From Myxococcota bacterium (lineage in GTDB: Bacteria; Myxococcota_A; UBA9160; PR03), in assembly GCA_041611735.1 (NCBI GenBank), contig JBFIML010000014.1, forward strand, positions 9,921-73,920: a stretch of DNA of 64,000 bases, given 5' to 3'. The notes under the pieces were generated by a model, which was not told the origin of the DNA, made no database searches, and saw only the letters and a program-made list of their open reading frames with translations. Positions within the stretch are counted from its first letter, which is position 1. The number at the start of each line of letters is the position of its first letter. A program made the position numbers and the translations under genes. Of this stretch, positions 20,463-32,877 are shown in pieces.

Positions 20463-21292
20463 CGCCAGCTGGCAAGCGGGGGCAGGGAGGCGAGGATCGA
20501 TTCCGTGCGCCCGCCGGCCTGCAGGCCGAAACGCGTGCCCCGGTCGTGCACCAGGTTGAACTCCACGTAGCGCCCACGGCGGTAGAGCTGGAAGCTCCGC
20601 TCGCGCTCGCCCCAGGGCCGGTGCTTGCGGCGCTCGAGGATCGGCAGGTACGCGGGAAGGTAGTGGTCTCCTACGCTGCGCAGCAGGGCGAAGCAACGCT
20701 CGAAGCCGCCCTCGCTCCAGTCGTCGAAGAAGAGCCCTCCGATGCCGCGCGGCTCGCCCCGGTGGGGCAGGAAGAAGTACTCGTCGCACGCCTTCTTGAA
20801 GCGGGGATGGAGATCGGCGCCGAAAGGCTCGCAGGCGGCGCGGCCCGTCCGGTGCCAGTGGACCGCGTCCTCCTCGAAGCCGTAGTAGGGCGTCAGGTCG
20901 AAGCCCCCGCCGATCCACCAGACGGGCGTGGCATCCGGGGCCTCCGCCAGGAAGAAGCGCACGTTCATGTGCGCCGTGGGCGCGTAGGGATTGCGCGGGT
21001 GGGCGATCACCGACACGGAGACCGCCTCGAAGCGCCGCCCTGCCAGCTCGGGGCGCCGCGCCGTGGCGGCGGGTGGGAGGCGCGCGCCGCGGGTGTGGGA
21101 GAAGTTGGCGGCGGCCCGCTCGAGGACCGGTCCGTCCGAGAGCACCCGGGGCCGGGCGAGGCCACCCCGCTCGCGCTCCAGCCGCTCGGAGGCGAAGCGG
21201 GCCACGCCGTCCTGGGCCTCGAAGGCGGCACAGACCCGGTCCTGCAGCCCGAGCAGGTAGGTACGGACCGCCTCGACGTCCGGCGCGCTCAC
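20369..21292 (-). CDS. hemF: oxygen-dependent coproporphyrinogen oxidase
   Basis: [38 protein letters not shown]. Confidence 0.96.
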   Translation of the reverse strand: MSAPDVEAVRTYLLGLQDRVCAAFEAQDGVARFASERLERERGGLARPRVLSDGPVLERAAANFSHTRGARLPPAATARRPELAGRRFEAVSVSVIAHPRNPYAPTAHMNVRFFLAEAPDATPVWWIGGGFDLTPYYGFEEDAVHWHRTGRAACEPFGADLHPRFKKACDEYFFLPHRGEPRGIGGLFFDDWSEGGFERCFALLRSVGDHYLPAYLPILERRKHRPWGERERSFQLYRRGRYVEFNLVHDRGTRFGLQAGGRTESILASLPPLASWRYGWTPEPGSPEARLTEEFLRPRDWLAEAGC

Positions 21293-21304
21293 GGCGGGCC
21301 TCCG

Positions 21305-23568
<2,264 letters not shown>

Positions 23569-23572
<4 letters not shown>

Positions 23573-23919
23573 TCGGGCTCCGCCCCCGCTCGCAGCGGGT
23601 AGCCCCGCTGCTCGGCCATGCGGTGGACCGTCGCCACCTTGGTCTCGGCCACCTCCAGCACGTAGACGCCGGCTACGCCGAGCCCGCTGCGATGGATCTG
23701 CAGCATGAGCTGAGTCGCCTGCACGGGGCCCTTGCCGAAGACCCGCTCGAGCAGCGACACCACGAACTCCATCGGGGTGTAGTCGTCGTTGTAGAGGACG
23801 ACCTTGAAGCGGTCCGGACGCCCCACGGCCCGGCGGGTGCGGGTCGCAACCCCCCGCTGGCGCTCCGCGCTGGCCAGCTCGTCCTCCCGACGGGACGGCG
23901 GGGACGGTCGACCGCTCAC
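23569..23919 (-). CDS. clpS: Clp protease adaptor ClpS
   Basis: VVLYNDDYTPMEFVV..MLQIH..EVAETK. Confidence 0.95.
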
Positions 23920-23968
23920 GCCCAGAGCATAGACGGGTGCCGGCGGGTCCGCCGCTAGACTGATCGGG

Positions 23969-25111
23969 ATGAGCGACCTGGCCCTGGCGGAGGGCGTCTG
24001 CACCCTGCCCCCGGAGGAGTGGAACGCCCTGGTGGGGAACGAGTCGCCCTTCCTGGAATGGGAGTGGCTGGCCTCCCTGGAGGAAGCGGGCGCCGTGGGT
24101 GAGGCCACCGGGTGGGTGGCGCGGCCGCTGGTGGCCCGCCGGGCCGGCCGACTGGTGGCCGCCTGTCCGCTCTACCTGAAGGCCCACGGCGAAGGAGAGT
24201 TCGTCTTCGACTTCGCCTGGGCCGACGCCGCCCTGCGCGCCGGCATCGACTACTACCCGAAGCTCCTGGTGGGCGTCCCCTTCACGCCCGTCGGCGGCGC
24301 GCGCGTGCTCAGCGCACCCGGCGAGGATCGGGCCGCCTGGATCGCACGCTTCGCCGAGGCGCTCCGCGAGCTGTGCGTAAGGCTCGGGCTCTCGGGCGTG
24401 CACGTGAACTTCTGTCGCGAGGACGAGCGCCACGGTTTCGAGGCGGCTGGCTACCTGCCCCGGATCGGCTTCCAGTACCACTGGTCGAACGCGGGCTACG
24501 CGAGCTTCGACGACTACCTGGGTCGACTGCGCAGCAAGCGGCGCAACCAGGTCCGGCGCGAGCGCCGGGAGGTGGCGGCCCAGGGCGTCGTCATCGAGTG
24601 CCGCAGCGGATCCGACGTCCCGGACGACTGGTTCGGGCCCATGTTCCGCTTCTACCGCGCCACCGTAGATCGCAATCCCTGGGGACGGCCGTACCTCAAC
24701 CGCCGGGTCTTCGAGCTCCTGCAACGACGCTTCCGTCACCGCCTGTGCCTGCTGATGGCCCAGCGGGGTGGCGAGGCCATCGCCGGAAGCCTCAACGTGC
24801 AGAAGGGCGCGTGCCTGTATGGCCGCTACTGGGGGGCTCTGGCGCCCGTGCGCCACCTGCACTTCGACGTCTGCTACTACGCGGGCATCGAGCATTGCAT
24901 CCGCCAGGGACTGGCCCGCTTCGAGCCCGGCGCCGGCGGCGACTACAAGCAGATGCGCGGCTTCGACGCCCAGCCCACCTGGAGCGTGCACTTCCTGGCC
25001 GATCCGCGTCTGCACGCGGCGGTGGCCCGCCATCTGGAAGCCGAGCGCGGCGACGCCCGCGACGCGATCGAGTGGCTGCGCGAGCGCAGCGCGCTCAAGG
25101 TGGCGCCGTGA
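23969..25111 (+). CDS. GNAT/FemAB-like protein (DUF482 type)
   Basis: PLYLKAHGEGEFVFDFAWA, YYPKLLVGVPFTPV, LYGRYWG, LHFDVCYY. Confidence 0.9.
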   Translation: MSDLALAEGVCTLPPEEWNALVGNESPFLEWEWLASLEEAGAVGEATGWVARPLVARRAGRLVAACPLYLKAHGEGEFVFDFAWADAALRAGIDYYPKLLVGVPFTPVGGARVLSAPGEDRAAWIARFAEALRELCVRLGLSGVHVNFCREDERHGFEAAGYLPRIGFQYHWSNAGYASFDDYLGRLRSKRRNQVRRERREVAAQGVVIECRSGSDVPDDWFGPMFRFYRATVDRNPWGRPYLNRRVFELLQRRFRHRLCLLMAQRGGEAIAGSLNVQKGACLYGRYWGALAPVRHLHFDVCYYAGIEHCIRQGLARFEPGAGGDYKQMRGFDAQPTWSVHFLADPRLHAAVARHLEAERGDARDAIEWLRERSALKVAP

Positions 25112-25512
25112 CGGAGCGGCCCATCGTGCTGTTCGACGGGGTGTGCAACCTGTGCCACGGCGCCGTGCGCTTCGTGATCGCACGCGATCCCGTGGCTCGC
25201 TTCCGCTTCGCGTCGCTCCAGTCCGAAGCGGGCATCGCCCTGCTGCGCCGCCACGGGCTCCCGATCGAGACCGTCGACACCCTGGTCCTCGTGGAGGGCG
25301 ATCGGGCCTTCACGCGCAGCGCGGCCGCGCTGCGCATCGCGCGAGGGCTGCGCTTCCCGTGGAACCTGCTCCCCGGGCTGGTGGTCGTGCCCCGCCCCCT
25401 GCGCGACCGGGTCTACGACTTCGTGGCGGGCCGCCGCTTCCGCTGGTTCGGGCGCCTGGACGCCTGCCCGGCGCCGCGGCCCGAGCTCCGCGAGCGCTTC
25501 CTGGACGCCTAG
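25108..25512 (+). CDS. DCC1-like thiol-disulfide oxidoreductase (DUF393)
   Basis: VLFDGVCNLC, RFASLQS, RDRVYDFVA. Confidence 0.9.
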   Translation: MTERPIVLFDGVCNLCHGAVRFVIARDPVARFRFASLQSEAGIALLRRHGLPIETVDTLVLVEGDRAFTRSAAALRIARGLRFPWNLLPGLVVVPRPLRDRVYDFVAGRRFRWFGRLDACPAPRPELRERFLDA

Positions 25513-25648
25513 CAGGCTCGACTCCCCCCGAAGCCCGCCGGCCCCGATCCCTGGGGGCCGGGCAGGCACGGACGGCTCGTCCTGGACGAGCCTTCCGGCT
25601 CCGTGCGCGTCGCGCGCGCGCCTCCCGTTCCTGGTAGGGTTGCAGCGC

Positions 25649-26119
25649 ATGGAGCAGGCATCCTTCGATCCCTTCGTCTTCGGCCACGACGTGCTGCTGC
25701 GCCTCGTGCTCTCGGTGGTCTTCGCGGGACTGATCGGCTGGGAGCGGGAGTGGCGCCGCAAGCCCGCCGGCCTGCGCACCCACATGATGGTGTCCCTCGG
25801 CGCGGCGAGCTTCACGCTGGTGGCTCTGGAGCTCTACGAGAGCGTGGTGACCACGGCGGCCAGCGTGTCGCGGGCGGACCCCCTGCGCATCGTGGAGGGC
25901 GTGATGGGCGGCATCGGCTTCTTGGGGGCCGGCGCCATCGTCCAGGGACGCGGCTCCGTGGAGGGCCTCACCACCGCGGGGAGCATCTGGCTGGCCGGCG
26001 CCATCGGGGTGGCCTGCGGGGGCGGCCACCTGCTGCTGGCCGGGACGTCGGTGGCTCTGGCCCTTCTGGTGCTGCTCGGGCTCGGCCTGATCGAGAGATG
26101 GCTGCAGGAGGGCCGCTAG
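25649..26119 (+). CDS. MgtC/SapB family membrane protein
   Basis: IGWERE..AGLRTH, GIGFLGAGAI, GLTTA. Confidence 0.92.
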   Translation: MEQASFDPFVFGHDVLLRLVLSVVFAGLIGWEREWRRKPAGLRTHMMVSLGAASFTLVALELYESVVTTAASVSRADPLRIVEGVMGGIGFLGAGAIVQGRGSVEGLTTAGSIWLAGAIGVACGGGHLLLAGTSVALALLVLLGLGLIERWLQEGR

Positions 26120-26249
26120 CGGGGGACTCGGGGCCCGCCGAACGCCTGGCGCCAGTCGGCGCCGGCCGGACCCCGCAACGCCATCTCCTTCGCGGCCACC
26201 GCGTCGTCCATGCCCCGCCGCTCGCGCCCTTCGACGACCCTGTGGGGAG

Positions 26250-28211
26250 CTAGCCGGCCTGGGCCTGCAGCAGAGCGCGGAGCTGCTCCACGGCGCCGCT
26301 GCCCCCGAAGACCAGCAGCCGGTCACCCGCCCGCAGGGCGAAGTCGGCCTCGGGATTCGGCGTGGTGTGGCCGCCCCGGTCGACCGCCAGCACGTTCACG
26401 CCCGTGCGGGGGCGCACCCGGAGCTCTCCGAGCGTCGTCGGGGCCAGTCCGTCGGGAACCTCCACCCACTCGGTGGAGATCTGCTCGAGCAGCTCCACCA
26501 GCCACGGATCGAGCCGGACCTGCGGCGTGCGCATGGGCTCGTAGCCCTCCTCCCGCAGCTGGTCGGTGAAGCGGGCCACGGCCCCTTCCGGGATGCCCGT
26601 GCTGCGCAGGGTCTGGGTCAACAGACCGAGGGCCGACTCGAACTCCTCGGCCAGCACGGCGCTGGCGCCCGCGTCGTAGAGGGCATCCACGTCCATCACG
26701 TAGCGCGTGCGGGCGAGGATCGTCGCGTTCGGATTGAGCTGGCGCACGAGTCGCACCACGCGGCGCGTGGCCATCGGGTCGGAGATGGCCACCACCACGC
26801 GCAGCGCATGCGGTACGCCCAGTCGCTCCAGGATGGGCCGACGCGTGGCATCGCCGTAGATCACCGGCTCGTCCCGGGCGATGGCCTCGCGGACCGAGAG
26901 GGCGTTGGCATCCACGGCCACCCAGGGGATGTCGAGGGCCTGCAGCACCCGGACCAGCTGTCGATTGCCCAGACCGAGGCCGATCAGCACGGTGTGGTCC
27001 ATCCGGGACGAGCGCTGGGCAGGAGCGCGCCCGAGCCGGTCGGCGCCGCCGGCGAGCCAGTCCGCCAGCCGGGGCGCGACGCTCACCAGGAAGGGGGTCG
27101 CCACCAGCGTCACCACCGAGCCCGCCACGAAGATCTGCATCAGCCAGTCGTCCAGCAGCCCGGCCGCGGCGGCGGCCGCGGCCAGCACGAAGGAGAACTC
27201 CCCGGTCTGGGCCAGGGCGAGGCCCGTCACCACGCCGAGACGCAGCCCCTGGCGCAGCACGACCGCCACGATGAGCGCCACCACCAGGGCCTTGAGCACG
27301 ACGGTGCCGGTCACGTAGGCCAGCACCGGGGCCGCGTGGTGCACGGCCGCCGCCGGGTCGAAGAGCATCCCGACCGCGGTGAAGAAGAGCCCGAGCAGGA
27401 CTCCGCGCAGGGGCAGCACCTCGGCGAAGAGCTGGTGGGCGTAGGGCGTCGCGCTCACCACCAGGCCCCCCAGGAAGGCCCCCACCGCCAGCGTGAGGCC
27501 GATCCACTCGGCGATCGCAGCCGAGCCCACCACGATCAGGAACGCGAGCAGACTGAAGAGGTCGCGAGAGCGCAGCCGAGCCGCCCGATCGAGCAGCGCC
27601 GGGAGCACGAAGCGGGCCACCAGGAAGAAGATTCCGAGCGCCACCACCGAACGAGCGACGGCGAAGGCCGCGTCGCGAGCGGCGCCCGCATCCCGGGCCG
27701 TCAGCACCGGGATGGACAGCAGGAGGGGCACGATGCAGATGTCCTGGAACAGCAGGATCCCCACTGCGAGCTGGCCCTGGGGCGCGTCCACCTCGCCCCG
27801 GTCGGCGAGCAGGCGCATCACCAGCGCCGTGCTCGACATGGCCACCAGACCGCCCATCACCAGGGCGCCCCGCACGCCCAGGCCCAGGGCGCTTCCGGCC
27901 AGGGTCACGAGCCCCACGGTGACCGCCACCTGGAGCCCCCCGGCCAGGAGCGCGTGGCGCCACAGCCGTCTCAGGCGCTCGAGCGGCAGCTCGAGACCGA
28001 TCTCGAACAGGAGGAACACGACCCCGAGCTCGGCCAGCCCCCGCACCCGCTCCGGATCGCTCACCCAGCCGAGTCCCGCGGGCCCCACCAGGGCGCCCAT
28101 CACCAGGAAGCCGGCGATTGCGGGCAGCCCGAGGCGCTCGAACACGGCCACGCCCACCGCCGCCATGGCGATGAGCAGCAGGAACTCGCCGAGAACGTGC
28201 GGATCGGACAA
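26250..28211 (-). CDS. CPA2 cation:proton antiporter (Kef-like) with RCK N and C domains
   Basis: LLFEIGLE, MSSTA, ILLFQD, LAQTGEFSFV; C-terminal YGDAT Rossmann and TrkA-C domains. Confidence 0.92.
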   Translation of the reverse strand: MSDPHVLGEFLLLIAMAAVGVAVFERLGLPAIAGFLVMGALVGPAGLGWVSDPERVRGLAELGVVFLLFEIGLELPLERLRRLWRHALLAGGLQVAVTVGLVTLAGSALGLGVRGALVMGGLVAMSSTALVMRLLADRGEVDAPQGQLAVGILLFQDICIVPLLLSIPVLTARDAGAARDAAFAVARSVVALGIFFLVARFVLPALLDRAARLRSRDLFSLLAFLIVVGSAAIAEWIGLTLAVGAFLGGLVVSATPYAHQLFAEVLPLRGVLLGLFFTAVGMLFDPAAAVHHAAPVLAYVTGTVVLKALVVALIVAVVLRQGLRLGVVTGLALAQTGEFSFVLAAAAAAAGLLDDWLMQIFVAGSVVTLVATPFLVSVAPRLADWLAGGADRLGRAPAQRSSRMDHTVLIGLGLGNRQLVRVLQALDIPWVAVDANALSVREAIARDEPVIYGDATRRPILERLGVPHALRVVVAISDPMATRRVVRLVRQLNPNATILARTRYVMDVDALYDAGASAVLAEEFESALGLLTQTLRSTGIPEGAVARFTDQLREEGYEPMRTPQVRLDPWLVELLEQISTEWVEVPDGLAPTTLGELRVRPRTGVNVLAVDRGGHTTPNPEADFALRAGDRLLVFGGSGAVEQLRALLQAQAG

Positions 28212-28248
28212 GCGCGCGTCCCTGGGCAGGCCCCCGGCCCGCCCGGCC

Positions 28249-29553
28249 TCAGAGCATCGCTGCCAGGAGCGTGGCGATGCCCAGGAAGCTGAAGAAGCCC
28301 ACCACGTCCGTCACGGTGGTCAGGATGATCGAGGAGGACTGCGCTGGGTCCTGGCGCAGCGTCGTGAGCGTGATCGGAATGGCGGCTCCCGCGATCCCGG
28401 CGATCATCATGGCGATCACCATGGAGACGCCGATCACGAGCGCGAGCCCGAAGGAGCGGCTCCAGGCGTAGACGGCCACGGAGGTGGTGACGGCCACGGC
28501 CACGCCGTTCAGGGTTCCCACCAGGAACTCCTTGCCCGCCACGCGCAGCCAGTGACGTGCGCGGATCTCGCGCAGGGCGAGGCCGCGCATGGTGACGGCC
28601 AGGGCCTGGGCGCCGGTGTTGCCGGACTGGCCCGCCACCACGGGCAGCAGCACCGCGAGGGCGGTGAAGCGCGCGATGGTGCCCTCGAAGATCCCCACCA
28701 CCGATGCGGCCAGGAACGCCGTGAGCAGGTTGATCTGGAGCCAGGGCAGCCGCTTGCGCACCGCGAACCACGGCGGCGAGAGGGCGCGCTCCTCCTTGCT
28801 GGCCCCCACCATGGTCACCAGGTCCGCGGTGGCGTCCTGCTGGGTCGCGGCGATCAGCTCCTCCTGGCGCAGCACGCCGAGCACGCGGCCCGCGTAGTCC
28901 ACCACCGGCAGGCTTCCGGCACGCTGCTGCTGGAGCACCTCCACCACCTCTTCGCGGGGCGACGTGGCCTGCACCTGGGCAGGCGCCCCCCGCACCAGGG
29001 TCTGGAGCCGCGCCGCGGGCGGCGCGAGCATCAGGTCCTGGAGCGGCACCGAGCCGACCAGATGCCCCTCCGCATCGACCAGGAAGATGTCCTGGATGCG
29101 GCGACGCAGGTGTCGCAGGCGGCGGACCACGTCCCGGGCGGCCGTGTCGGGCCGGAAGGTGGTGACGCGCGGGTCCATGAGCGCGCCGGCCGTATCGGGC
29201 GGGTAGTCCATCAGGGTGCTCAGCTCCTCGGCCAGGGCGGCGGGAAGCGGCTCGAGGAGACGGCGGCGCGCGTCGGGCGCGAGGCGCGCCAGCAGGGCCG
29301 CCGCGCGGTTGGGATCCAGTCCCGGCAGGAGCGCCTGGGCGGGCTGCTCCGGAAGCCGGGCGAGGACCGCAGCGCCGGTCTCGGGCGTGAGCCGGTGCAG
29401 CAGGCGGACGGCCCGCTCGGGGGGCTCGCCCGCCAGCAGCTCGGCCGTCTCGGCCCAGGGCGCCGCCTCGAGCACGCGCGCCGCCTCGTCCGGGTAGCGA
29501 TCCAGAAGCACGCGGGCGAGATCGCGGGCGCCACGACGGGTCGGGCTCGCCAC
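28249..29553 (-). CDS. mgtE: magnesium transporter MgtE
   Basis: N-domain, CBS pair, KRLPWL, SGNTGAQ, DPA..IILTTVTDVVG. Confidence 0.92.
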   Translation of the reverse strand: MASPTRRGARDLARVLLDRYPDEAARVLEAAPWAETAELLAGEPPERAVRLLHRLTPETGAAVLARLPEQPAQALLPGLDPNRAAALLARLAPDARRRLLEPLPAALAEELSTLMDYPPDTAGALMDPRVTTFRPDTAARDVVRRLRHLRRRIQDIFLVDAEGHLVGSVPLQDLMLAPPAARLQTLVRGAPAQVQATSPREEVVEVLQQQRAGSLPVVDYAGRVLGVLRQEELIAATQQDATADLVTMVGASKEERALSPPWFAVRKRLPWLQINLLTAFLAASVVGIFEGTIARFTALAVLLPVVAGQSGNTGAQALAVTMRGLALREIRARHWLRVAGKEFLVGTLNGVAVAVTTSVAVYAWSRSFGLALVIGVSMVIAMMIAGIAGAAIPITLTTLRQDPAQSSSIILTTVTDVVGFFSFLGIATLLAAML

Positions 29554-29556
29554 GGC

Positions 29557-30396
29557 TCAGCCCCGCGCCGCCGGGGCGGGGCCGGCTGCCGCCCCGGCCA
29601 CGGCCTCCAGCAGTCCGGCCACGCCGGTCCAGAACAGGTCGCCCAGGGCCTGGGCCGTGGGGGCTCCGGGCGCCGTCTCGGCTCCGCGTAGCTCCTCCTC
29701 GACCCGCCGCAGCGTGCGATAGCGGATCGCCCCGAGGAAGCGGCCGGCTTCGTCCACCACCGGGAGCGAGTGCACTTCGCGCCAGCCCGCGTGGGCGACG
29801 ATCGCATGGCGCTCCGTGTCGGCCCGCAGGTGCTGGACGGGGGTACGCATGACCGCTCCGAGCGATGCCTCGGGCGGCGCCAGCAGCAGCTCGCGCAGGT
29901 TCATCACTCCGACCAAACGCTGGTCGCGATCCAGCACATAGAGGTTGTAGAGGGCGTTCTCCGGCGTCTCGCGCAGGCGGGCGAGGGCTTGTTCCGCACG
30001 CAGATCCTCGGGCAGGGCCAGCACCTGCGGATCCATGAGTCCGCCGGCGCTCCCGGGCGGGAAGCGGAGCAGCAAGCCGAGGGGCCGGGCGCGCTCTGCC
30101 GGCAGCGCCTCCAGCAGCGCGGCTCGCGTCTCTGCACCCAGGCGGCGCACCAGGAACGCCGCCCGATCGAGTCCCAGTGCCGCCACCAGGGCGGAGGCAC
30201 GGGCGGAGTCCAGTCGCCCGAGCAGCGCCGCCGCCTGCGCCGGCGCCATGCGCGCCAGCACCCCCGCCGCCGCCTCCGGGCGCAGCGCCGTCAGCAGCTG
30301 CGCCGCGTCGCGCACCGGCCAGGCCTCGAGCACGGCCGCCGCGTCCTCCGGGTGATGTCCGACCAGGGTGGTCGACAAGCTCTCTTGCAGCTCCAT
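29557..30396 (-). CDS. stand-alone MgtE cytosolic domain (N-domain + CBS pair) protein
   Basis: FPPGSAGGLMDP, LYVLDRDQRLVGV, SLPVVDEAGRFLGAI; no TM domain. Confidence 0.85.
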   Translation of the reverse strand: MELQESLSTTLVGHHPEDAAAVLEAWPVRDAAQLLTALRPEAAAGVLARMAPAQAAALLGRLDSARASALVAALGLDRAAFLVRRLGAETRAALLEALPAERARPLGLLLRFPPGSAGGLMDPQVLALPEDLRAEQALARLRETPENALYNLYVLDRDQRLVGVMNLRELLLAPPEASLGAVMRTPVQHLRADTERHAIVAHAGWREVHSLPVVDEAGRFLGAIRYRTLRRVEEELRGAETAPGAPTAQALGDLFWTGVAGLLEAVAGAAAGPAPAARG

Positions 30397-30521
30397 GGCC
30401 CCTCCCTGCACCGCGCGCCCCAGCGCGCTCGCAAGCATCCCGCTCCCCGTGCCCCGATGCAATCGCGTAGCATGGCGCGCGGCCCGGACCTCGCTCTGGA
30501 CGGGCCACGAGGGAGGACCCC

Positions 30522-31352
30522 ATGTCCGAGATCTTCGACGTCGAGGCCTGGCGTCAGGTGCTGGTGAGTTCGCTCACGGAGCTGACCGGGCGCATCGCGG
30601 CCTTCCTTCCGAGCCTCGTCGGGGCGTTGGTCATCCTCGCGGTGGGATGGGCCGTGTCCCGAGCCGTGGAGGCCGTGGCGCGTCGCGCCCTGCACCGGCT
30701 CGGCCTCGACCGCGCTTCGGACCGGCTGCGCGTTTCGGAGGTGCTGGCCCAGGGCGGCATCGCCGGGCGGCCGTCCGCCGTCCTGGCGCGGCTGCTGTTC
30801 TGGGTGCTGATGCTGAGCTTCCTGCTCTCGGCGGTGGAGACCCTGGGGCTCACCGCCGCTACCGCCACCATCGACCGCCTGGTGGCGTACCTGCCCAACG
30901 TGATCGCGGCGGGGCTGATCGTGATCGTGGGGCTGCTGCTGGCACGGCTGGCGGGCAACCTGGTGGGATCCGGCGCCGCTGCCGCAGGCATCGTCCAGGC
31001 GGCCCGCCTGGGCGCCGCCGCCCATACGGGGGTGGTGATCGTGGTCACCGTCGTGGCCCTCGAGCAGCTCGGCGTCAACACCGAGATCCTGGTCACGGTG
31101 CTCACGGCGGTGGCTGCGGCGCTGACCCTGACCCTGGGAGCCGCCTTCGCCTTGGGAGCCCGGCAGCTGGTGACGCACATCCTGGCGGGCCACTACCTGC
31201 GCCAGGTGCTCGACGCCGGTCGCACCGTGGAGGTGGGGGGACGCAGCGGCATCGTGGAGCGGGTGGGCGCGGTGGCCACGCTGTTCCGGAGCGAGGACCG
31301 CCTGTGGAGCATTCCGAATGCGCGCCTGCTCGATGATTTCGCCCTCCGCTAG
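30522..31352 (+). CDS. small-conductance mechanosensitive channel / CmpX-like TM helix repeat protein
   Basis: FLPSLVGALVIL, YLPNVIAA repeats; C-terminal G.VE.VG...T....IPN. Confidence 0.82.
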   Translation: MSEIFDVEAWRQVLVSSLTELTGRIAAFLPSLVGALVILAVGWAVSRAVEAVARRALHRLGLDRASDRLRVSEVLAQGGIAGRPSAVLARLLFWVLMLSFLLSAVETLGLTAATATIDRLVAYLPNVIAAGLIVIVGLLLARLAGNLVGSGAAAAGIVQAARLGAAAHTGVVIVVTVVALEQLGVNTEILVTVLTAVAAALTLTLGAAFALGARQLVTHILAGHYLRQVLDAGRTVEVGGRSGIVERVGAVATLFRSEDRLWSIPNARLLDDFALR

Positions 31353-31774
31353 CGGCTCGGTGGGCGCCGCTCGATCGCGTCGAGCCAGCGGTCGATCGCA
31401 TCCTTGGCGGAGGCGGTGATGCCTCCGCGCTGGTACTGGTCGACGACGACCTCCTCGAGGCGCGTCACCATGGCGTCGACGCCGGACGCCCCGGAGTCCG
31501 AGACCAGGCGTCCGGCCGGCGGCTTCGGCTCCGCCGCCCCGAACAGATTGATCCAGCGCTCGGAGCGGCGGCCCGCGCGCAGCAGGGCGTAGAAGCGCTG
31601 GCCCGGTCGCTCGCCGCCGGCCACCAGGTCCACGAGCAGCGCGCCGATGGCCAGGGGGCTCAGCAGGAGATCCCGCGCGCCGTCGCAGAAGAGCTTGCCC
31701 TGGAAGACCAGGGCGTCGCGCAGCAAGGCCCAGCGCGCGCTGCTCGCGCGCGCCGTCGAAGTCGCGCTGGCCAC
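31349..31774 (-). CDS. conserved hypothetical protein
   Basis: LRDALVFQGKLFCDGARDLLLSP..ERWINLFG; natural composition; start uncertain. Confidence 0.7.
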   Translation of the reverse strand: MASATSTARASSARWALLRDALVFQGKLFCDGARDLLLSPLAIGALLVDLVAGGERPGQRFYALLRAGRRSERWINLFGAAEPKPPAGRLVSDSGASGVDAMVTRLEEVVVDQYQRGGITASAKDAIDRWLDAIERRPPSR

Positions 31775-31846
31775 GTGGGTCCTCCCGTCGCGGGCCTGCG
31801 CCGGAGCGCCATCCTCCCGGCGCACCCCGTGGTAGCCTACCGGAGC

Positions 31847-32473
31847 ATGGCCCGTGAAGGCTCGTCGCCGTCGGCGCCGCTCCGGGAAGCTGCCGAAGCC
31901 GACCTCCTCGCACGTCTGCGGGCGGGCGACGAGAAGGCCTTCGAAGAGCTGGTGCGGCTTCTGGGCGGACGCCTGCTCGCGGTGGCCCGCCGCTTCCTCC
32001 CGGAGGAGGAGGACGCCCGGGACGCGGTCCAGGACGCCTTCCTCTCCGCCTTCCGGGGCCTGGCCCGCTTCGAGGGGCAGGCGCGGCTTTCCACCTGGCT
32101 GCACCGCATCGTCGTGAACGCGTGCCTGCTCAAGCTGCGTTCGCGCCGACGCCGGCCCGAGGAGCCCATCGACGGGCTGCTGCCGGAGTTCCTGGCCGAT
32201 GGCCACTATGCGCTCCCGGCGGTCGCGTGGCGCAACGACGTCATCGCAGCGCTCGAGCGCGACGAGCTGCGCGCCCTGGTGCGCGAGGCGCTGGAACGAC
32301 TTCCCGGGAGCCACCGCCTCGTGCTCCTGCTGCGCGACATCGAGGGGCTCGACACGACGGAAACCGCGCAGGCCCTCGGCATCAGCCCGGCGAACGTGAA
32401 GGTGCGCGTCCACCGGGCCCGCCAGGCGCTGCGCACCCTGCTCGACGCTCGTTTCCGCGAGGAGGAGCCGTGA
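31847..32473 (+). CDS. ECF RNA polymerase sigma factor
   Basis: DARDAVQDAF, TWLHRIVVN region 2; region 4 HTH ANVKVRVHRAR. Confidence 0.94.
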   Translation: MAREGSSPSAPLREAAEADLLARLRAGDEKAFEELVRLLGGRLLAVARRFLPEEEDARDAVQDAFLSAFRGLARFEGQARLSTWLHRIVVNACLLKLRSRRRRPEEPIDGLLPEFLADGHYALPAVAWRNDVIAALERDELRALVREALERLPGSHRLVLLLRDIEGLDTTETAQALGISPANVKVRVHRARQALRTLLDARFREEEP

Positions 32474-32718
32474 CCTGTCGCGAGTTCGTCGACTTCCTGA
32501 TGGCGTACCTGGACGGGGAGCTGCGCGGCGAGGGGCGGCGGCGCTTCGACCACCACCTGGAGCGCTGCCCGCCGTGTGTCGCGTATCTGGACACCTACCG
32601 CACGACCATCGAGCTCGTGCAGACGATCTGCGGGCACCCGGACGATCCGATCCCGGCGGACGTGCCGGAGGACCTGGTGGCGGCGGTCCTGGCGGCCCGG
32701 GAGGCGCCCCGGAGCTAG
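32470..32718 (+). CDS. zinc-finger (zf-HC2) anti-sigma factor, soluble
   Basis: C-x-..HLERCPPC (HxxxCxxC); GTGA overlap with the sigma gene. Confidence 0.9.
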   Translation: MTCREFVDFLMAYLDGELRGEGRRRFDHHLERCPPCVAYLDTYRTTIELVQTICGHPDDPIPADVPEDLVAAVLAAREAPRS

Positions 32719-32795
32719 GCAGTGGGAAGCACCCTTCCTCAGATGGGAAAGAGTTTTCCGCGGAGCCGGGGACCTGCTGGCTGGACCGCCTCCAA

Positions 32796-32820
32796 CCCCC
32801 CGGCCGGGGGGCCTTTTTAT
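32796..32820 (+). terminator. putative intrinsic terminator
   Basis: CCCCCC-GGCC-GGGGGG hairpin followed by CCTTTTTAT. Confidence 0.55.
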
Positions 32821-32831
32821 TCGAGCTGGCT

Positions 32832-32847
32832 GGGAACGGAACTTGCG
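32832..32847 (+). promoter_or_regulatory. putative sigma54 (-24/-12) promoter
   Basis: GGGAACG-GAAC-TTGCG has exact GG-N10-GC spacing, about 30 nt upstream of ATG 32878. Confidence 0.55.
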
Positions 32848-32877
32848 TACAGGGGCGACGTGGCAAGACAGGGCCGG

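Noticed and set aside
32719-32820. Possible riboswitch (GAGCCGGGGACCTGC resembles a cobalamin B12 box; GCCGGGG could pair with the terminator arm)
   Set aside because: Other conserved cobalamin or c-di-GMP aptamer elements are missing; terminator plus enhancer palindromes explain the region more simply. An Infernal/Rfam scan would settle it.
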